NCBI GenBank assembly: GCA_965178085.1
Contig: CBCXTS010000026.1
Span: 18,109-82,108 of the forward strand
Length of the DNA: 64,000 nucleotides
Source of the DNA: Alphaproteobacteria bacterium
Lineage (GTDB): Bacteria > Pseudomonadota > Alphaproteobacteria > CBCXTS01
Reading direction: 5' to 3'
Part shown: positions 30,426-41,555 of the stretch, piece by piece
How the letters are laid out: every line of letters begins with the position of its first letter
Numbering within the stretch: position 1 is the stretch's first letter
Program-made: the position numbers and the translations under genes
The notes under the pieces: generated by a model
The model's input: the letters and a program-made list of their open reading frames with translations, nothing else
What the model was told of the DNA's origin: nothing
Databases searched by the model: none

Positions 30426-31516
30426 CTTGATATGGACACGCTATGGTTGATGGCGGCTTTATAAAGCATCATCGTGTGCCATACAACACCCATTACAACT
30501 AAACATGCGCCAAACTGGTGTAATAGAGCTAGTGGCAATGGTACTGTGTAGAGCAAGGTTATGATCCCTAGAAAAGTTTGCATAACAATTAATGTTGCTA
30601 ATATTATGGATGAAATTTTAATGCTTGCATTAGATGTTGTATAAGCATGCCAAATAGCCAACATGGAAAATAAACAAGATGCATATGCCAACATGCGGTG
30701 ATGAAATTGTATAGAACCTCTGTTTTCAAACAATAATACTTCAAAATTGATACCGCCATTTTGATGATCTTGCCAATAGATAGGAGGTAGAAACCTGCCA
30801 TGCATCCAAGGCCAATCATTAAAAGCGAAACCAGCCTTTGATCCTGCAACTAAAGCCCCTGAAGTGATGGTGATGATGATAAGAATAAAAAAACAGCCAA
30901 TCAATATGTTGCCAAGTTGAAAGATTTTGCTAGATTGTTTAAGGTTTTTTTGAGCCTGTAAGGCCATGATATCAACATTAGAAGTCAAGATAGCTAGAAA
31001 AAATAGCAATGCAAAAATCAAAATACCCATCACTAAATGAATAGCCAACCTTATAGGGGCAACTTCAATGCGATCTGTCAATCCGCTTTTGACCATCCAC
31101 CAGCCGATGATGGCTTGCAATGAACCCAATAATAACGCCAATATAAGATAAGGTTTGATAAAAGTCGGTAGTTGCTTGCCGAGCCAAAATATGATCATCG
31201 GGATGGCGTATATAATGCCAATCAAGCGCGCAAATAATCTATGAATATACTCCCACCAGAAAATAGCTCTGAACTCTTCTAGCTCCATACCAAAGGTTAA
31301 TAAATGATATTGCGAAGTTTGCTGATACAGATGAAAAATACGAAGCCATTCCTGCTTATGCATTGGCGGTAAAACACCCATTATAGGGCGCCATTCAACC
31401 ATTGAAAGTCCTGACCCAGTTAATCTAGTGGTTGCTCCAATAACGATCAAAGCTAAAACCATAGCAGAGCAAGTCCAAAGCCAAATGCAGATAGGTTTTG
31501 ATATATTTGTTTGCAT
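30422..31516 (-). CDS. ctaA: Heme A synthase (Cox15/CtaA)
   Basis: TRLTGSGLSMVEW, WEYIHR, GWWMVKSGL, RLAIHL, QFHHR, LHQ. Confidence 0.95.
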   Translation of the reverse strand: MQTNISKPICIWLWTCSAMVLALIVIGATTRLTGSGLSMVEWRPIMGVLPPMHKQEWLRIFHLYQQTSQYHLLTFGMELEEFRAIFWWEYIHRLFARLIGIIYAIPMIIFWLGKQLPTFIKPYLILALLLGSLQAIIGWWMVKSGLTDRIEVAPIRLAIHLVMGILIFALLFFLAILTSNVDIMALQAQKNLKQSSKIFQLGNILIGCFFILIIITITSGALVAGSKAGFAFNDWPWMHGRFLPPIYWQDHQNGGINFEVLLFENRGSIQFHHRMLAYASCLFSMLAIWHAYTTSNASIKISSIILATLIVMQTFLGIITLLYTVPLPLALLHQFGACLVVMGVVWHTMMLYKAAINHSVSISR

Positions 31517-31588
31517 AAGAGATACAAGCCTAGCGATGATATTTATATAGGAAAAACAAGCCAAGATAGCTATGTTATTCTAAGAGTT

Positions 31589-32713
31589 TTATGTTAATAG
31601 AAATTCGCGGCCTTTTTTTACCCGCGCGACCCCGTCGTAATCAATGATATCAGCTGTTGCGTAGGTTTCATGCCAATCGTTAGGTAGAAAACTACCAGTT
31701 CCTATAACATCAATTGGTACTTTTGCCATAGCCATGATTCTGCATTTTTCAGGGCCAAATCCTGATGAACCGACAATGCTGACGTGGGAAAAACCTGCTC
31801 CATTAAGCGTTTCACGAAGGTGCCATATAGCTGCTGCTGAAACACCAGTGCCGATAAGGTGGTGTAGCTCTCGTTCACTACGATAGCCACGAATAGCATC
31901 TGGTACGTTACGCTCCAAAACAGCGTAACTAGCCTCAGGATCAAGACCTTGTACGTAGCGTCCACCTAAAGTGTCAAGGCGGATTGCAAGTTTACCTTGA
32001 TCGGCAAGGTCATAGAAATGCTTGCAAACTTCAAGGGCGTCATCAATTTCATTGCCAAAATAATCAACCAATATTGTTAACGGCTGGTTAGGAAATGACT
32101 GTTGAAACATTTGAGCTGCTCTTAAAGTTGATCCAGCGTAGCCTATTAAGGCATGTGGCATTGTGCCCATGCCAGAGTCTTCATTGAAAAAATGACTAGT
32201 GGCATTGGTTGCATTGCCTATAAAACCTTTAGCGCCTATTTTTTGTTTGGCTCGTTTAGATCCAACAGATGCAGCATATGCCATCATAAGAGACATCTCT
32301 GTTCCAGCGCAATGGCGTGCATCCATTGCCATAAATTTTACATTGGGCAATTCAGAGCACATCTGAAAAGCATGATAAGCTGCAACGCAGCATGCTCCAA
32401 CTTTTTGTAAAAGCAATGTTTCTAGATCAACAAGATGCACAAATGAACCAGTGATATATAGCAATGGTTCACCCGCACCGACCCAGCGGCCTTCAGGATT
32501 AGGGACGCTGATGTCATATGTCACTCCACGTTGAGTAGCGATATGTTGGAGCCATTCAATAGCAAGTTTAGGGGCACTAATGACAGGCCTGCGCATAAAA
32601 ACTGCATAGGTAACACGTTGATCACCGTGGTGTTCAACTATCGCTTTAGTGTGGTTAAAATAAGCATCTGTCCATTGACTAATCTGTGTAGCTTTAACCC
32701 AGCTTAGATCCAT
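31589..32713 (-). CDS. Nicotinate phosphoribosyltransferase (short type)
   Basis: TDAYF, MDARH, GTMPHAL, LVDYF, IRLDT, SSGF, IGTG. Confidence 0.88.
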   Translation of the reverse strand: MDLSWVKATQISQWTDAYFNHTKAIVEHHGDQRVTYAVFMRRPVISAPKLAIEWLQHIATQRGVTYDISVPNPEGRWVGAGEPLLYITGSFVHLVDLETLLLQKVGACCVAAYHAFQMCSELPNVKFMAMDARHCAGTEMSLMMAYAASVGSKRAKQKIGAKGFIGNATNATSHFFNEDSGMGTMPHALIGYAGSTLRAAQMFQQSFPNQPLTILVDYFGNEIDDALEVCKHFYDLADQGKLAIRLDTLGGRYVQGLDPEASYAVLERNVPDAIRGYRSERELHHLIGTGVSAAAIWHLRETLNGAGFSHVSIVGSSGFGPEKCRIMAMAKVPIDVIGTGSFLPNDWHETYATADIIDYDGVARVKKGREFLLT

Positions 32714-32721
32714 TTATGTCC

Positions 32722-34116
32722 TCATGCCGCGTAGCGTATTTTTGATTTGATAGGATGCTTGCGTAGTAGATCAGCAATCTGGAAAGACAATTCTAAAGCC
32801 TGTGATCCGTTCAAACGTGGATCGCAATGGGTATGGTAACGGTCATTCAATTGGTTTTCTGTAATGGATTGTGCACCGCCAACGCATTCGGTTACATCTT
32901 GCCCAGTTAACTCTAGATGGATACCACCAGGGAAAGTACCTTCATTGTGATGAATTTGGAAAAACTGTTCGACTTCTTGCATAACATCACTTGTTCGGCG
33001 CGTTTTAATGCCATTAGATGACTTAATGGTATTGCCATGCATAGGATCACAAGACCAGACGACGTGATGTCCGTTTTGTTTGATGGGTCTGATTAATTTG
33101 GGTAACATGTCTGCAATCTTGTCAGCACCCATACGCACAATTAATGTAATGCGACCAGGGTCATTATTTGGATCAAGGATATCGCATAATGCCAATAACT
33201 CATCGGGATCACTGCTAGGGCCACACTTAATGCCGATAGGATTGCGGATGCCTCGCATATATTCAACATGGGCATGATCTAACTGGCGTGTGCGATCACC
33301 AATCCAAAGGAAATGTGCAGAACAACCATAATGGGCTCCTGTAACACCATCAATGCGAGTGCTATCAATGCGTGTTAATGCTTGCTCATATCCAAGCAAT
33401 AAGGCTTCATGGCTTGTAAAAAAATCAACAGAACGCATCTGAGGTGTGTTTTTTGTTGTGATACCACATGCTTCCATAAAAGCTAGAGTTTCGTCTATTC
33501 TATTGGCAAGCTCTTTATATTGTTTACCTTGAGGGCTGTCTGCAATAAAATCTAGGTTCCATTGATGAAGATGGGTTAAATTGGCAAAGCCGCCTTGAGC
33601 AAATGCGCGCAACAGATTAAGGGTAGAAGAAGCTTGATGATAAGCTTTAAGCATACGCTGTGGATCAGGCTGGCGATTAATGTCGCTAAAAGCAATGTCA
33701 TTGACGATATCCCCACGATAGATTGGTAATGTAAGGTTATCTTTGGTTTCAACCGGCTCTGATCGAGGCTTTGCAAATTGACCTGCAATGCGGCCAACTT
33801 TAATGATTGGCAGGCCACTGCCAAAGGTTAAGACCACTGCCATCTGCAATAGCAATTTAAAGTTATCACGGATTTGATCAGCAGAAAATTGTGCAAAACT
33901 TTCTGCGCAATCACCGCCTTGCAACAAGAAAGCTTTACCTTGTGAAGCCTTGGCAAGCGATTGACGTAACGCGTCAATTTCTCTTGCAAACACAAGCGGA
34001 GGAAGTTGAGTTAACTCATCTTCAACGCGGGTCAATTGTTTGAGATCAGCATATTGAGGCAATTGCTTAGCTGGCTTGTCACGCCAACTATCAAGAGCCC
34101 ATGATAGTTTTTTCAT
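32722..34116 (-). CDS. Class II DAHP synthase
   Basis: [57 protein letters not shown]. Confidence 0.97.
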   Translation of the reverse strand: MKKLSWALDSWRDKPAKQLPQYADLKQLTRVEDELTQLPPLVFAREIDALRQSLAKASQGKAFLLQGGDCAESFAQFSADQIRDNFKLLLQMAVVLTFGSGLPIIKVGRIAGQFAKPRSEPVETKDNLTLPIYRGDIVNDIAFSDINRQPDPQRMLKAYHQASSTLNLLRAFAQGGFANLTHLHQWNLDFIADSPQGKQYKELANRIDETLAFMEACGITTKNTPQMRSVDFFTSHEALLLGYEQALTRIDSTRIDGVTGAHYGCSAHFLWIGDRTRQLDHAHVEYMRGIRNPIGIKCGPSSDPDELLALCDILDPNNDPGRITLIVRMGADKIADMLPKLIRPIKQNGHHVVWSCDPMHGNTIKSSNGIKTRRTSDVMQEVEQFFQIHHNEGTFPGGIHLELTGQDVTECVGGAQSITENQLNDRYHTHCDPRLNGSQALELSFQIADLLRKHPIKSKIRYAA

Positions 34117-34278
34117 TGGTTTAACCTTGCAGTATCATCAGTTTAGTTAAGTTTTATCATCTTTTTGTGATGTAATATGTAGTTAGTATATGCGTAGATT
34201 GTTTAAAAGTAAATATTTACTAATGAAATGCACCCATTGATGTAAAAGATTGCGTGTGCTTATCGTTAGTGATCATTG

Positions 34279-34734
34279 TCAGGTGAGGTCTATTTTTTTG
34301 CGTCTTTGCCAATCGCGTTCTTTGATTGTTTCGCGTTTGTCGTGGAGCTTTTTTCCACGTGCAAGTGCAAGCTCAAGTTTTGCTAATCCACGCGTATTAA
34401 AATATAAACTTAATGGCAATAATGTTTGTCCTTTGCGTTGGACTGCGCCTATCAAACGATTGCGCTCACGACGATGCAATAGCAATTTACGAGGACGTCT
34501 AGGCTCAAAAGCAATATGCTTTGCAATGTTTTCATAATTGCTGATATGCAAATTAAATAAATATAACTCACCTTCTTTGCTACCTGCATAGGATTCTTTA
34601 ATATTGACTTGGCCACTACGGATGGCTTTGACTTCACTGCCAGTTAGAATAATACCCGCCTCAAGCGTGCTTAAAATTTCGTAGTCATAGCGTGCTTTCT
34701 GATTGCGAGCAATAGGGCGTGCTGGTGAAGACAT
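34279..34734 (-). CDS. smpB: SsrA-binding protein
   Basis: [33 protein letters not shown]. Confidence 0.98.
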   Translation of the reverse strand: MSSPARPIARNQKARYDYEILSTLEAGIILTGSEVKAIRSGQVNIKESYAGSKEGELYLFNLHISNYENIAKHIAFEPRRPRKLLLHRRERNRLIGAVQRKGQTLLPLSLYFNTRGLAKLELALARGKKLHDKRETIKERDWQRRKKIDLT

Positions 34735-34769
34735 AGATGCATCTTTACTTTAATGATATGGATGGTATT

Positions 34770-35657
34770 TTAAATTAACTGAGCTTGTTCCATTGCTTTT
34801 TGGATACGCTCTTTTGTTGGTTTGTCAAGTGGTGCAATAGGCGAACGACACCAAGGTGCAGTATGGCCTAATAGAAAAAGAGCATATTTAGCTGGAGCAG
34901 GCGATGGCGCACAAAACATTGCTTGATGCAATGGCATTAATTGATCGCGAATATTTGCAAATGTTTGTAAATCTTTGTCATTCCATGCGGTATATAAACG
35001 AGATAGCAATTGAGGTGCAACGTTAGCAGTAACAGAAATCCACCCATGGCCACCTTGGGCTAAAAAAGCAGCGATTGTTGCATCTTCACCAGATAATTGG
35101 ATAAAACTTTCTCCCATCTGTAAGCGTGTTTCAAGAGGACGATCTAATGATGCGGTTGCGTCTTTGACGCCAATGATATGAGGATAATCTGTAACTAAGC
35201 GATGCATGGTATCAACAGACATATCAACAATACATCGCCCGGGTATGTTATATATAAAGATTGGTAATTGTACCGCTTGTGCAATGCTACTAAAATGCAA
35301 ATACAGGCCATCTTGTGATGGTTTGTTATAATATGGTGTTACTACCAATATTGCATCAGCGCCTGCGCTTTGAGCTTGTTGTGAGAGATGAACAGCCTCT
35401 GTAGTGTTGTTGGAACCCGTACCTGCAATAACAGGAACACGCCCATTAACAGCTTCAATACATAAGCGAATAACTTTTTCATGTTCTTCATGGCTAAGGG
35501 TTGGAGATTCTCCTGTTGTTCCAACAGGTACAACACCATGAGAGCCTTGTGTAATTTGCCAAGAAACGAAGTCTTGGAAGCGTTTTTCATCGACTGTAAA
35601 ATTTTCTTTCATGGGGGTGATAAGAGCTGGAATTGAACCTGTTATATGTTTAGCCAT
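34770..35657 (-). CDS. dapA: 4-hydroxy-tetrahydrodipicolinate synthase
   Basis: GTTGESPTL, GTGSNNT, PYYNKP, YNIPGR, GVKDAT. Confidence 0.97.
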   Translation of the reverse strand: MAKHITGSIPALITPMKENFTVDEKRFQDFVSWQITQGSHGVVPVGTTGESPTLSHEEHEKVIRLCIEAVNGRVPVIAGTGSNNTTEAVHLSQQAQSAGADAILVVTPYYNKPSQDGLYLHFSSIAQAVQLPIFIYNIPGRCIVDMSVDTMHRLVTDYPHIIGVKDATASLDRPLETRLQMGESFIQLSGEDATIAAFLAQGGHGWISVTANVAPQLLSRLYTAWNDKDLQTFANIRDQLMPLHQAMFCAPSPAPAKYALFLLGHTAPWCRSPIAPLDKPTKERIQKAMEQAQLI

Positions 35658-35990
35658 GCTATTCTCCTAATGCTACCCATGTTGTTTTTTTAATGTGACA
35701 AAGCCTGATTAAGTGTCATTCTATATCATAGAATAGCCTATCAATACTATACAAATATCGCATTGATCCAATTAGAAAACATCATATATGGTTGGATATT
35801 TTGATAACCCTAGAAGTCTTTTATAATCCTGTTATGGGCTTAAGAGTGATGATATTGACAAAATCTATGGAAGTGGTGTTTAATTAACGATTGCTCATTT
35901 AAGATAGCCATTTGTCTTTTTAAGAGGCAATCATTAATTGAATATAAGTTTAAAAACAATAACAGATTAGATCAAAAGAAGGTCAAGATC

Positions 35991-36992
35991 ATGGTCCATT
36001 TTCAAGATATTGAAAAGGCATATGCTAATATTAAGATGGATGTTAATCAAACGCCTTTATTATCATCTGCATTGCTTGATGATATGCTTGGATATCGTTT
36101 GTTGGTTAAAGCAGAAGTATTGCAAAAAACGGGTTCGTTTAAATTGCGCGGTGGAGTTAATAAATTGGTCCATTTAGGCGCTCAAGCAGAAAGCGGTGTG
36201 GTAGCTTTTTCATCAGGAAATCACGCCCAAGCAGTAGCCTATGCAACTCGTATGCGCGGTATTGCTTCGCATCTGGTTATGCCTAGGGATGCTCCACAAT
36301 CTAAAATCGAGCGCACGCGTGCTTTTGGCGGCAATGTCATTCTTTATGACAGGCAAAAGGAGAACCGAGAAGAAATTGCACAAGCATTATGTGAAGATAA
36401 AAAAATGCCCCTGATCAAACCTTATGATGACCAAGATATTATTGCTGGCCAAGGCACGATTGGTGTAGAAATAGCACACCAATGCGCTCAAATGGGATTA
36501 GAGGCACATTATATCACAATCCCTGCTGGTGGTGGTGGTATGGCTGCTGGTTGTTGCATAGCGTTGCATCATTATTTTAAGCAGGCAAAGATTTTTGCCG
36601 TAGAGCCTTTCCATTATAACGATATGAAGCAATCGCTGATGGATGGAAAACGAAGGAGTTTTTCTAACTCTAATCCAGCTCCATCTATTTGTGATGCCGT
36701 TGTAACGCCAATGCCAGGTGAGCAAACATTTCCTATTTTGCAAGAACATTTAACAGATGTTGTAGGAATCAAGGATGAAGATGCATTACAAGCAATGCGT
36801 GTTGGAATGGACATGTTTAGGGTGATCATAGAACCTGGTGGAGCGCTTGGATTGGCAGCTTTTTTAACAGGTGCAGTTCAACCAAAAAATTTGAACAAAG
36901 ATCAAGTCTGTGTTGCCGTATTATCTGGAGGTAATGTTGATAATCATATCATCATGCAAGCATTACAGAGTTTAAAGTTTAGTATTATTTAA
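35991..36992 (+). CDS. PLP-dependent threonine/serine dehydratase (serine racemase-like)
   Basis: KAE.LQKTGSFKLRG, FSSGNHAQA, GQGT, GGGG, SGGN; no ACT domain. Confidence 0.92.
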   Translation: MVHFQDIEKAYANIKMDVNQTPLLSSALLDDMLGYRLLVKAEVLQKTGSFKLRGGVNKLVHLGAQAESGVVAFSSGNHAQAVAYATRMRGIASHLVMPRDAPQSKIERTRAFGGNVILYDRQKENREEIAQALCEDKKMPLIKPYDDQDIIAGQGTIGVEIAHQCAQMGLEAHYITIPAGGGGMAAGCCIALHHYFKQAKIFAVEPFHYNDMKQSLMDGKRRSFSNSNPAPSICDAVVTPMPGEQTFPILQEHLTDVVGIKDEDALQAMRVGMDMFRVIIEPGGALGLAAFLTGAVQPKNLNKDQVCVAVLSGGNVDNHIIMQALQSLKFSII

Positions 36993-37004
36993 TGACAGAG
37001 TATA

Positions 37005-37346
37005 ATGATGAGCCAAAATAAAAGCGAAGGTATCAAGCCTATTGAAAGAGAAGATTTCATGAAGTTGATGGCGCATTTAAATGATGATTGGCAAATGAAC
37101 GATGACGGTTTGTCTATTGCTCGGTCTATAAAATGCAAAAATTTTAGAGATGCTTTTGCAATGATGACTGCAATTGCATTAATTGCTGAGCGGTATGACC
37201 ACCATCCAGATTGGCATAATCTATACGCCAATGTCGATATTCGATTGACCACAACGAGTACGTCAAGCCTTAGCATTCGTGATTATGATATGGCGGTCAG
37301 AATTGACGCGCTTGCATCAAAATTTCAATATCGAAGTGATGTTTGA
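37005..37346 (+). CDS. Pterin-4-alpha-carbinolamine dehydratase
   Basis: AE..DHHPDW.N.Y..V.I.LTT motif. Confidence 0.9.
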   Translation: MMSQNKSEGIKPIEREDFMKLMAHLNDDWQMNDDGLSIARSIKCKNFRDAFAMMTAIALIAERYDHHPDWHNLYANVDIRLTTTSTSSLSIRDYDMAVRIDALASKFQYRSDV

Positions 37347-37354
37347 TCAACAAT

Positions 37355-37388
37355 AATACTGGGATAGTTTAAATACTGGGCTAGTTAA
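37355..37388. repeat. 17-bp imperfect tandem duplication
   Basis: AATACTGGGATAGTTTA / AATACTGGGCTAGTTAA between convergent genes. Confidence 0.8.
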
Positions 37389-37395
37389 TTTTTGA

Positions 37396-38490
37396 TTAGA
37401 AAAATGACAATATATCATTAATTGTTACAAAAATAATTAACGTAGCAACTAGTGCAATGCCAATGCGCATAGCAAAGTTTTGGACTTTAATATTAAGAGG
37501 TTTTCCTGCTATTGCCTCATATGCACAAAATAATAGATATCCTCCATCAAGGACAGGTATGGGTAGTAAATTTAGTAACCCGAGATTGATAGACAGAACA
37601 ATTGTAAATGATAGCAACGCCCAAAAGCCACTTTGGCCGATATCATTAGAAAGTTGTGCTATTTTTATAGGGCCACCTAACTCATCGCTACTTCGTGCGC
37701 CTATCATTAACTCACCTAAGGCTTTTAAGGTTTCCCATGCTATATTAAATGTTTCAGTTACCGCAGAAACAGCTCCTCCAACAATGCCGGTTTGCACAAC
37801 AATGGCAGCAGGTGCACTGATACCCAAGCGATAGATAGAAGCATTGTCAGTTTGTACTGCTTCAGGAGTAGCGGTTAGTTGTAAGGTTTGTCCTTGGCGG
37901 TTGATGCTAAAGGTTATGGGGTTGCCATTGCTTGCTAAAACTTTATTGCGCATATCGTTAAAGCTATTGATAGTAATATTATCAACAGCAAAAATTTTAT
38001 CACCTACTTGTATGCCAGCAATGTCTGCGGGACTATTTTCTAGTACATAGCCTACACCTTTATCCATAAAATCAGGTAATTGAACTTTGCCAACCCATAT
38101 AAAGCTAATCCATAGGGCAACAAACGCATACAAGAAATTGGCAATTGGGCCTGCTGCAACTACAATTGAGCGTGCAATAAGAGGGCGAGTATGGAATGCA
38201 AAACTTTCTTGTGCTTTGGTTAGAGGAGGTTGATCAGGGTTAAGGCCTGGAAGCATCTCTCCAAACATTTTAACATACCCCCCAAGAGGAATGATCGAGA
38301 ATTTCCACCTTGTGCCATGTTGATCCGTATATCCAAAAAGTTCAGGACCAAAGCCAACTGAAAACACCTCAACTCTTACTCCACACCAACGCGCAGCAAG
38401 ATAATGGCCAAGTTCATGGACAAAAATAAGCACTGCTAGTACTAAAATAAAATTTGCATAACTTATATTAGCAAGAAGTTGATCTAACAT
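37396..38490 (-). CDS. rseP: RIP metalloprotease RseP
   Basis: HELGH, FSVGFGP, PLGGYVKM, one PDZ domain, NLLPIPVLDGG. Confidence 0.96.
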   Translation of the reverse strand: MLDQLLANISYANFILVLAVLIFVHELGHYLAARWCGVRVEVFSVGFGPELFGYTDQHGTRWKFSIIPLGGYVKMFGEMLPGLNPDQPPLTKAQESFAFHTRPLIARSIVVAAGPIANFLYAFVALWISFIWVGKVQLPDFMDKGVGYVLENSPADIAGIQVGDKIFAVDNITINSFNDMRNKVLASNGNPITFSINRQGQTLQLTATPEAVQTDNASIYRLGISAPAAIVVQTGIVGGAVSAVTETFNIAWETLKALGELMIGARSSDELGGPIKIAQLSNDIGQSGFWALLSFTIVLSINLGLLNLLPIPVLDGGYLLFCAYEAIAGKPLNIKVQNFAMRIGIALVATLIIFVTINDILSFF

Positions 38491-38570
38491 TATTGTCTAT
38501 ACCTTATTGAACTATATTTGACTTGTTTATTGATATTTTAAAGTTTAGGTCGTTTTAAAATATTGTGCCC

Positions 38571-39734
38571 CTAGGCTATTTTAAAATATTTATGCCATTG
38601 CCTGCAAACATTATTGTTTAATACGTGCACGGCTTCCCAATCATTATCATAGGCATATTCGGATCCAGCAAAAAGATCAAGCATATGATGAATGCCGTCA
38701 CAAATTTGTGTAAATTTTATTTTGCCTTGTAAAAAGGCTGCAACCCCAATTTCATTGGCGCTATTTAAAACACAGCACGCATGATCGCCAGCCTCTAATG
38801 CTTGATAAGCAAGCTTCAAAGCAGGGAAGCGGTGATGGTCTGGCTGTTCAAAGTCTAAGCGCGCGACTGTAGTTAAATCCAAAGACGGGGCATTGTTTTG
38901 TAAAATCGTATCAGGCCACCCTAATGCATAAGCAATTGCAATGCGCATGTCGGGCGCGTGTAGTTGTGCAAATTGTACGCCATCAAACTGTTCAATCATG
39001 GCATGAATGATTGATTGAGGATGGATCAGTACATCAATATACTTTCCTTCAAAGCCAAAAAGATGACTTGCTTCAATAACTTCTAGGCCTTTATTGATTA
39101 AGGTAGCTGAATCAATTGTGTTTTTAGGCCCCATACTCCATATAGGATGTTTTAAGGCTTGCTCAGGAGTGACATCTTGCATGTTGGCAAAGTCAGTATT
39201 TCTAAAAGGTCCCCCTGAGGCAGTAATAATAAGGCGAGAAATATTTTGGCGGTTACGATGTTCAAGCAGCTGAAATAAACCACTATGCTCTGAATCTACA
39301 GGAATTATTTTTGCATTGGTGCGCATGCTTAATTTTTGAAGCATTGCTCCAGCTGCTACAAGGCTTTCTTTATTAGCTATGGCAACATCAATACCCTTAT
39401 TTAATGCATGCCAAGTAGGCATCAGTCCATCTAATCCTGCGATAGCTGATAATACAAGATGAGGCTCAAGATCAACCATGTCCAGATATGCATTGGGACC
39501 AGTTGCTATTTTTATATTGGTATTTGAAAGGGCATCTTTTAGTGTTTTTTGTTGTTTTACATCGCTCAATATCACAAGAAGTGGATTTAGTAATCGAGCT
39601 TGTTTAATGAGTGTTTGCACATCGCTTTTTGCACAAAGACAAATACATTGAAGCTTATCTTTGTTGTGGGCAATGATGTCGACTGCATTGGAGCCTATTG
39701 ATCCGGTTGAACCTAAGATAGCAATTTTGCGCAT
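38571..39734 (-). CDS. dxr: 1-deoxy-D-xylulose-5-phosphate reductoisomerase
   Basis: LGSTGSIG, ANKES, PVDSEH, TASGGPFR, HP.WSMG.K.TIDSAT. Confidence 0.97.
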   Translation of the reverse strand: MRKIAILGSTGSIGSNAVDIIAHNKDKLQCICLCAKSDVQTLIKQARLLNPLLVILSDVKQQKTLKDALSNTNIKIATGPNAYLDMVDLEPHLVLSAIAGLDGLMPTWHALNKGIDVAIANKESLVAAGAMLQKLSMRTNAKIIPVDSEHSGLFQLLEHRNRQNISRLIITASGGPFRNTDFANMQDVTPEQALKHPIWSMGPKNTIDSATLINKGLEVIEASHLFGFEGKYIDVLIHPQSIIHAMIEQFDGVQFAQLHAPDMRIAIAYALGWPDTILQNNAPSLDLTTVARLDFEQPDHHRFPALKLAYQALEAGDHACCVLNSANEIGVAAFLQGKIKFTQICDGIHHMLDLFAGSEYAYDNDWEAVHVLNNNVCRQWHKYFKIA

Positions 39735-39781
39735 TGTTGTTATTTTCTATTGATGTTTTGTTGTATTTTTATTGTTGTTGC

Positions 39782-40588
39782 TTATAGCCATAAACTGACC
39801 CAAAAGATATACGGCAAAGCTAACAAATGTCCATCAATTCGATCTAGTAAACCTCCATGGCCTGGAATTAGTCTTCCAGTATCTTTAACATTGGCTTTGC
39901 GTTTAAGAAAAGAGATTGCCAGATCTCCTATTTGTGAAACGATTGCAGTGGTACCTGCAACCCAAAGCGATGTCCATAACATTTCATGGAATGTGAATAT
40001 TCCTAATATTGTACCGATAAGCGCTGCAATTGTGAACCCTCCTAATGCACCCGACCATGTTTTATTAGGGCTTATTGAAGCTAGTAATTTTGGACCCTTA
40101 AAGGTGCGCCCAATAGCCCATGCACCAATATCAGAAGCAGCAACAACCACGATAACAAAGACAATATTGAAAATACTCTCAGGCAACCAATATAGATTAA
40201 GAGCACAAAAGCCAGTTGCTGCTATCCAAATTCCCATGAGGCTCATTTGTAAAGCTTTTAAAAATTTGCCTAAAGCATGATGTGCGCCAGTTGTACCAAG
40301 CAGACATAGTAGCAAAACAGCCGATATCAGAACCCAAAGACTATCAAAAGAGTCCAGCCATTTTAAATGAATGGCAAATGGCAAGCTGCCAACTGTCCCT
40401 AAAGCAAGACCTACTGCGATGGATGCTTGCTTGTTAAGTTTGATTAAATTACTTGCTTCATAAGCTGCTAAGCCTAATAATATCGCTAATACTATCAATG
40501 CAATGATGGTTGAATTAGCAATTGCAAGCAATATACACACAATAGCTATTGTGCTAATGATGCGTTGATGTGTTTGGCTTAAATGCAT
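39782..40588 (-). CDS. cdsA: Phosphatidate cytidylyltransferase
   Basis: SPNKTWSG and S.LKR...VKD.G..IPGHGG.LDRID. Confidence 0.95.
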   Translation of the reverse strand: MHLSQTHQRIISTIAIVCILLAIANSTIIALIVLAILLGLAAYEASNLIKLNKQASIAVGLALGTVGSLPFAIHLKWLDSFDSLWVLISAVLLLCLLGTTGAHHALGKFLKALQMSLMGIWIAATGFCALNLYWLPESIFNIVFVIVVVAASDIGAWAIGRTFKGPKLLASISPNKTWSGALGGFTIAALIGTILGIFTFHEMLWTSLWVAGTTAIVSQIGDLAISFLKRKANVKDTGRLIPGHGGLLDRIDGHLLALPYIFWVSLWL

Positions 40589-40612
40589 TATTTTTTTAAG
40601 AGTTCAATGTTA

Positions 40613-41350
40613 TTATGTATCAATTGCGCCAAATCGGCGTTGTCGGTTTTGAAATGTTTGAATAGCATATTTGAAATCTTCACGCTCAAAATCGGGCCAG
40701 TATTTATCAATAAAAATTAGCTCCGCATAAGCTAATTCCCATAAAAGGAAGTTGCTGATGCGCATTTCTCCGCTGGTTCTGATTAACAGATCAGGGTTGG
40801 GCATATAGGCGCTTGAAAGATATTGCGAAAAAGCTTGCTCATCAAGGCTTTCAAGATTGGTTTTTTGTTCACGGACATCACGCGCTATAGCTCGTGCAGC
40901 CTCAACAATATCTTGACGACCACCGTAGTTGATTGCAAGTGTTACGTGTAAACCAGTGTTGTTTTTTGTTTGTTTTATAGATTTTTGTAATGCTGATTGA
41001 ACATTTTCTGGCAAATGCTTGATAATACCAATCACATGCAAGCAGATATTATGTTTGTTCATCATGTCACTTTGGCTTGAAAGATGCTGCACGAGCAGTG
41101 TCATGAGTAAGTTAATTTCATTTTGTGGGCGTTTCCAATTTTCGGATGAAAAGCAAAATAAAGTCAAATATTTGATTTTTTGCTCGATTGCTTCTTCTAA
41201 AGTCTTGCGTATAGCTAGGGTTCCTTGTTTGTGGCCCTTGTTACGTGCAAGTCCTTGCTTTTTTGCCCAACGCCCGTTTCCATCCATGACGATTGCAACA
41301 TGGGTAGGAATAGTGTGGTCGCTGATATTATTTTGATTGAGTTGAGACAT
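40613..41350 (-). CDS. uppS: Undecaprenyl diphosphate synthase
   Basis: HVAIVMDGNGRWA, FSSENWKRP, LLIRTSGEMRISNFLLW. Confidence 0.97.
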   Translation of the reverse strand: MSQLNQNNISDHTIPTHVAIVMDGNGRWAKKQGLARNKGHKQGTLAIRKTLEEAIEQKIKYLTLFCFSSENWKRPQNEINLLMTLLVQHLSSQSDMMNKHNICLHVIGIIKHLPENVQSALQKSIKQTKNNTGLHVTLAINYGGRQDIVEAARAIARDVREQKTNLESLDEQAFSQYLSSAYMPNPDLLIRTSGEMRISNFLLWELAYAELIFIDKYWPDFEREDFKYAIQTFQNRQRRFGAIDT

Positions 41351-41555
41351 ATAGCTCTATTGCATCACATTAAATATTTAAGCTTAAAGATAGGAATAAA
41401 CAACATCCACTACTTTAGAAGCGATCATGATCAACCAGTTATGATATTATAGATAAAAACATGGTGTTTATCAGCCAATAATGATTTGTAATCAGTTTTG
41501 TTTTGATAGTATCTGTTATACACTTAAAATATCTATAAGCACCGTAGATGATCTA

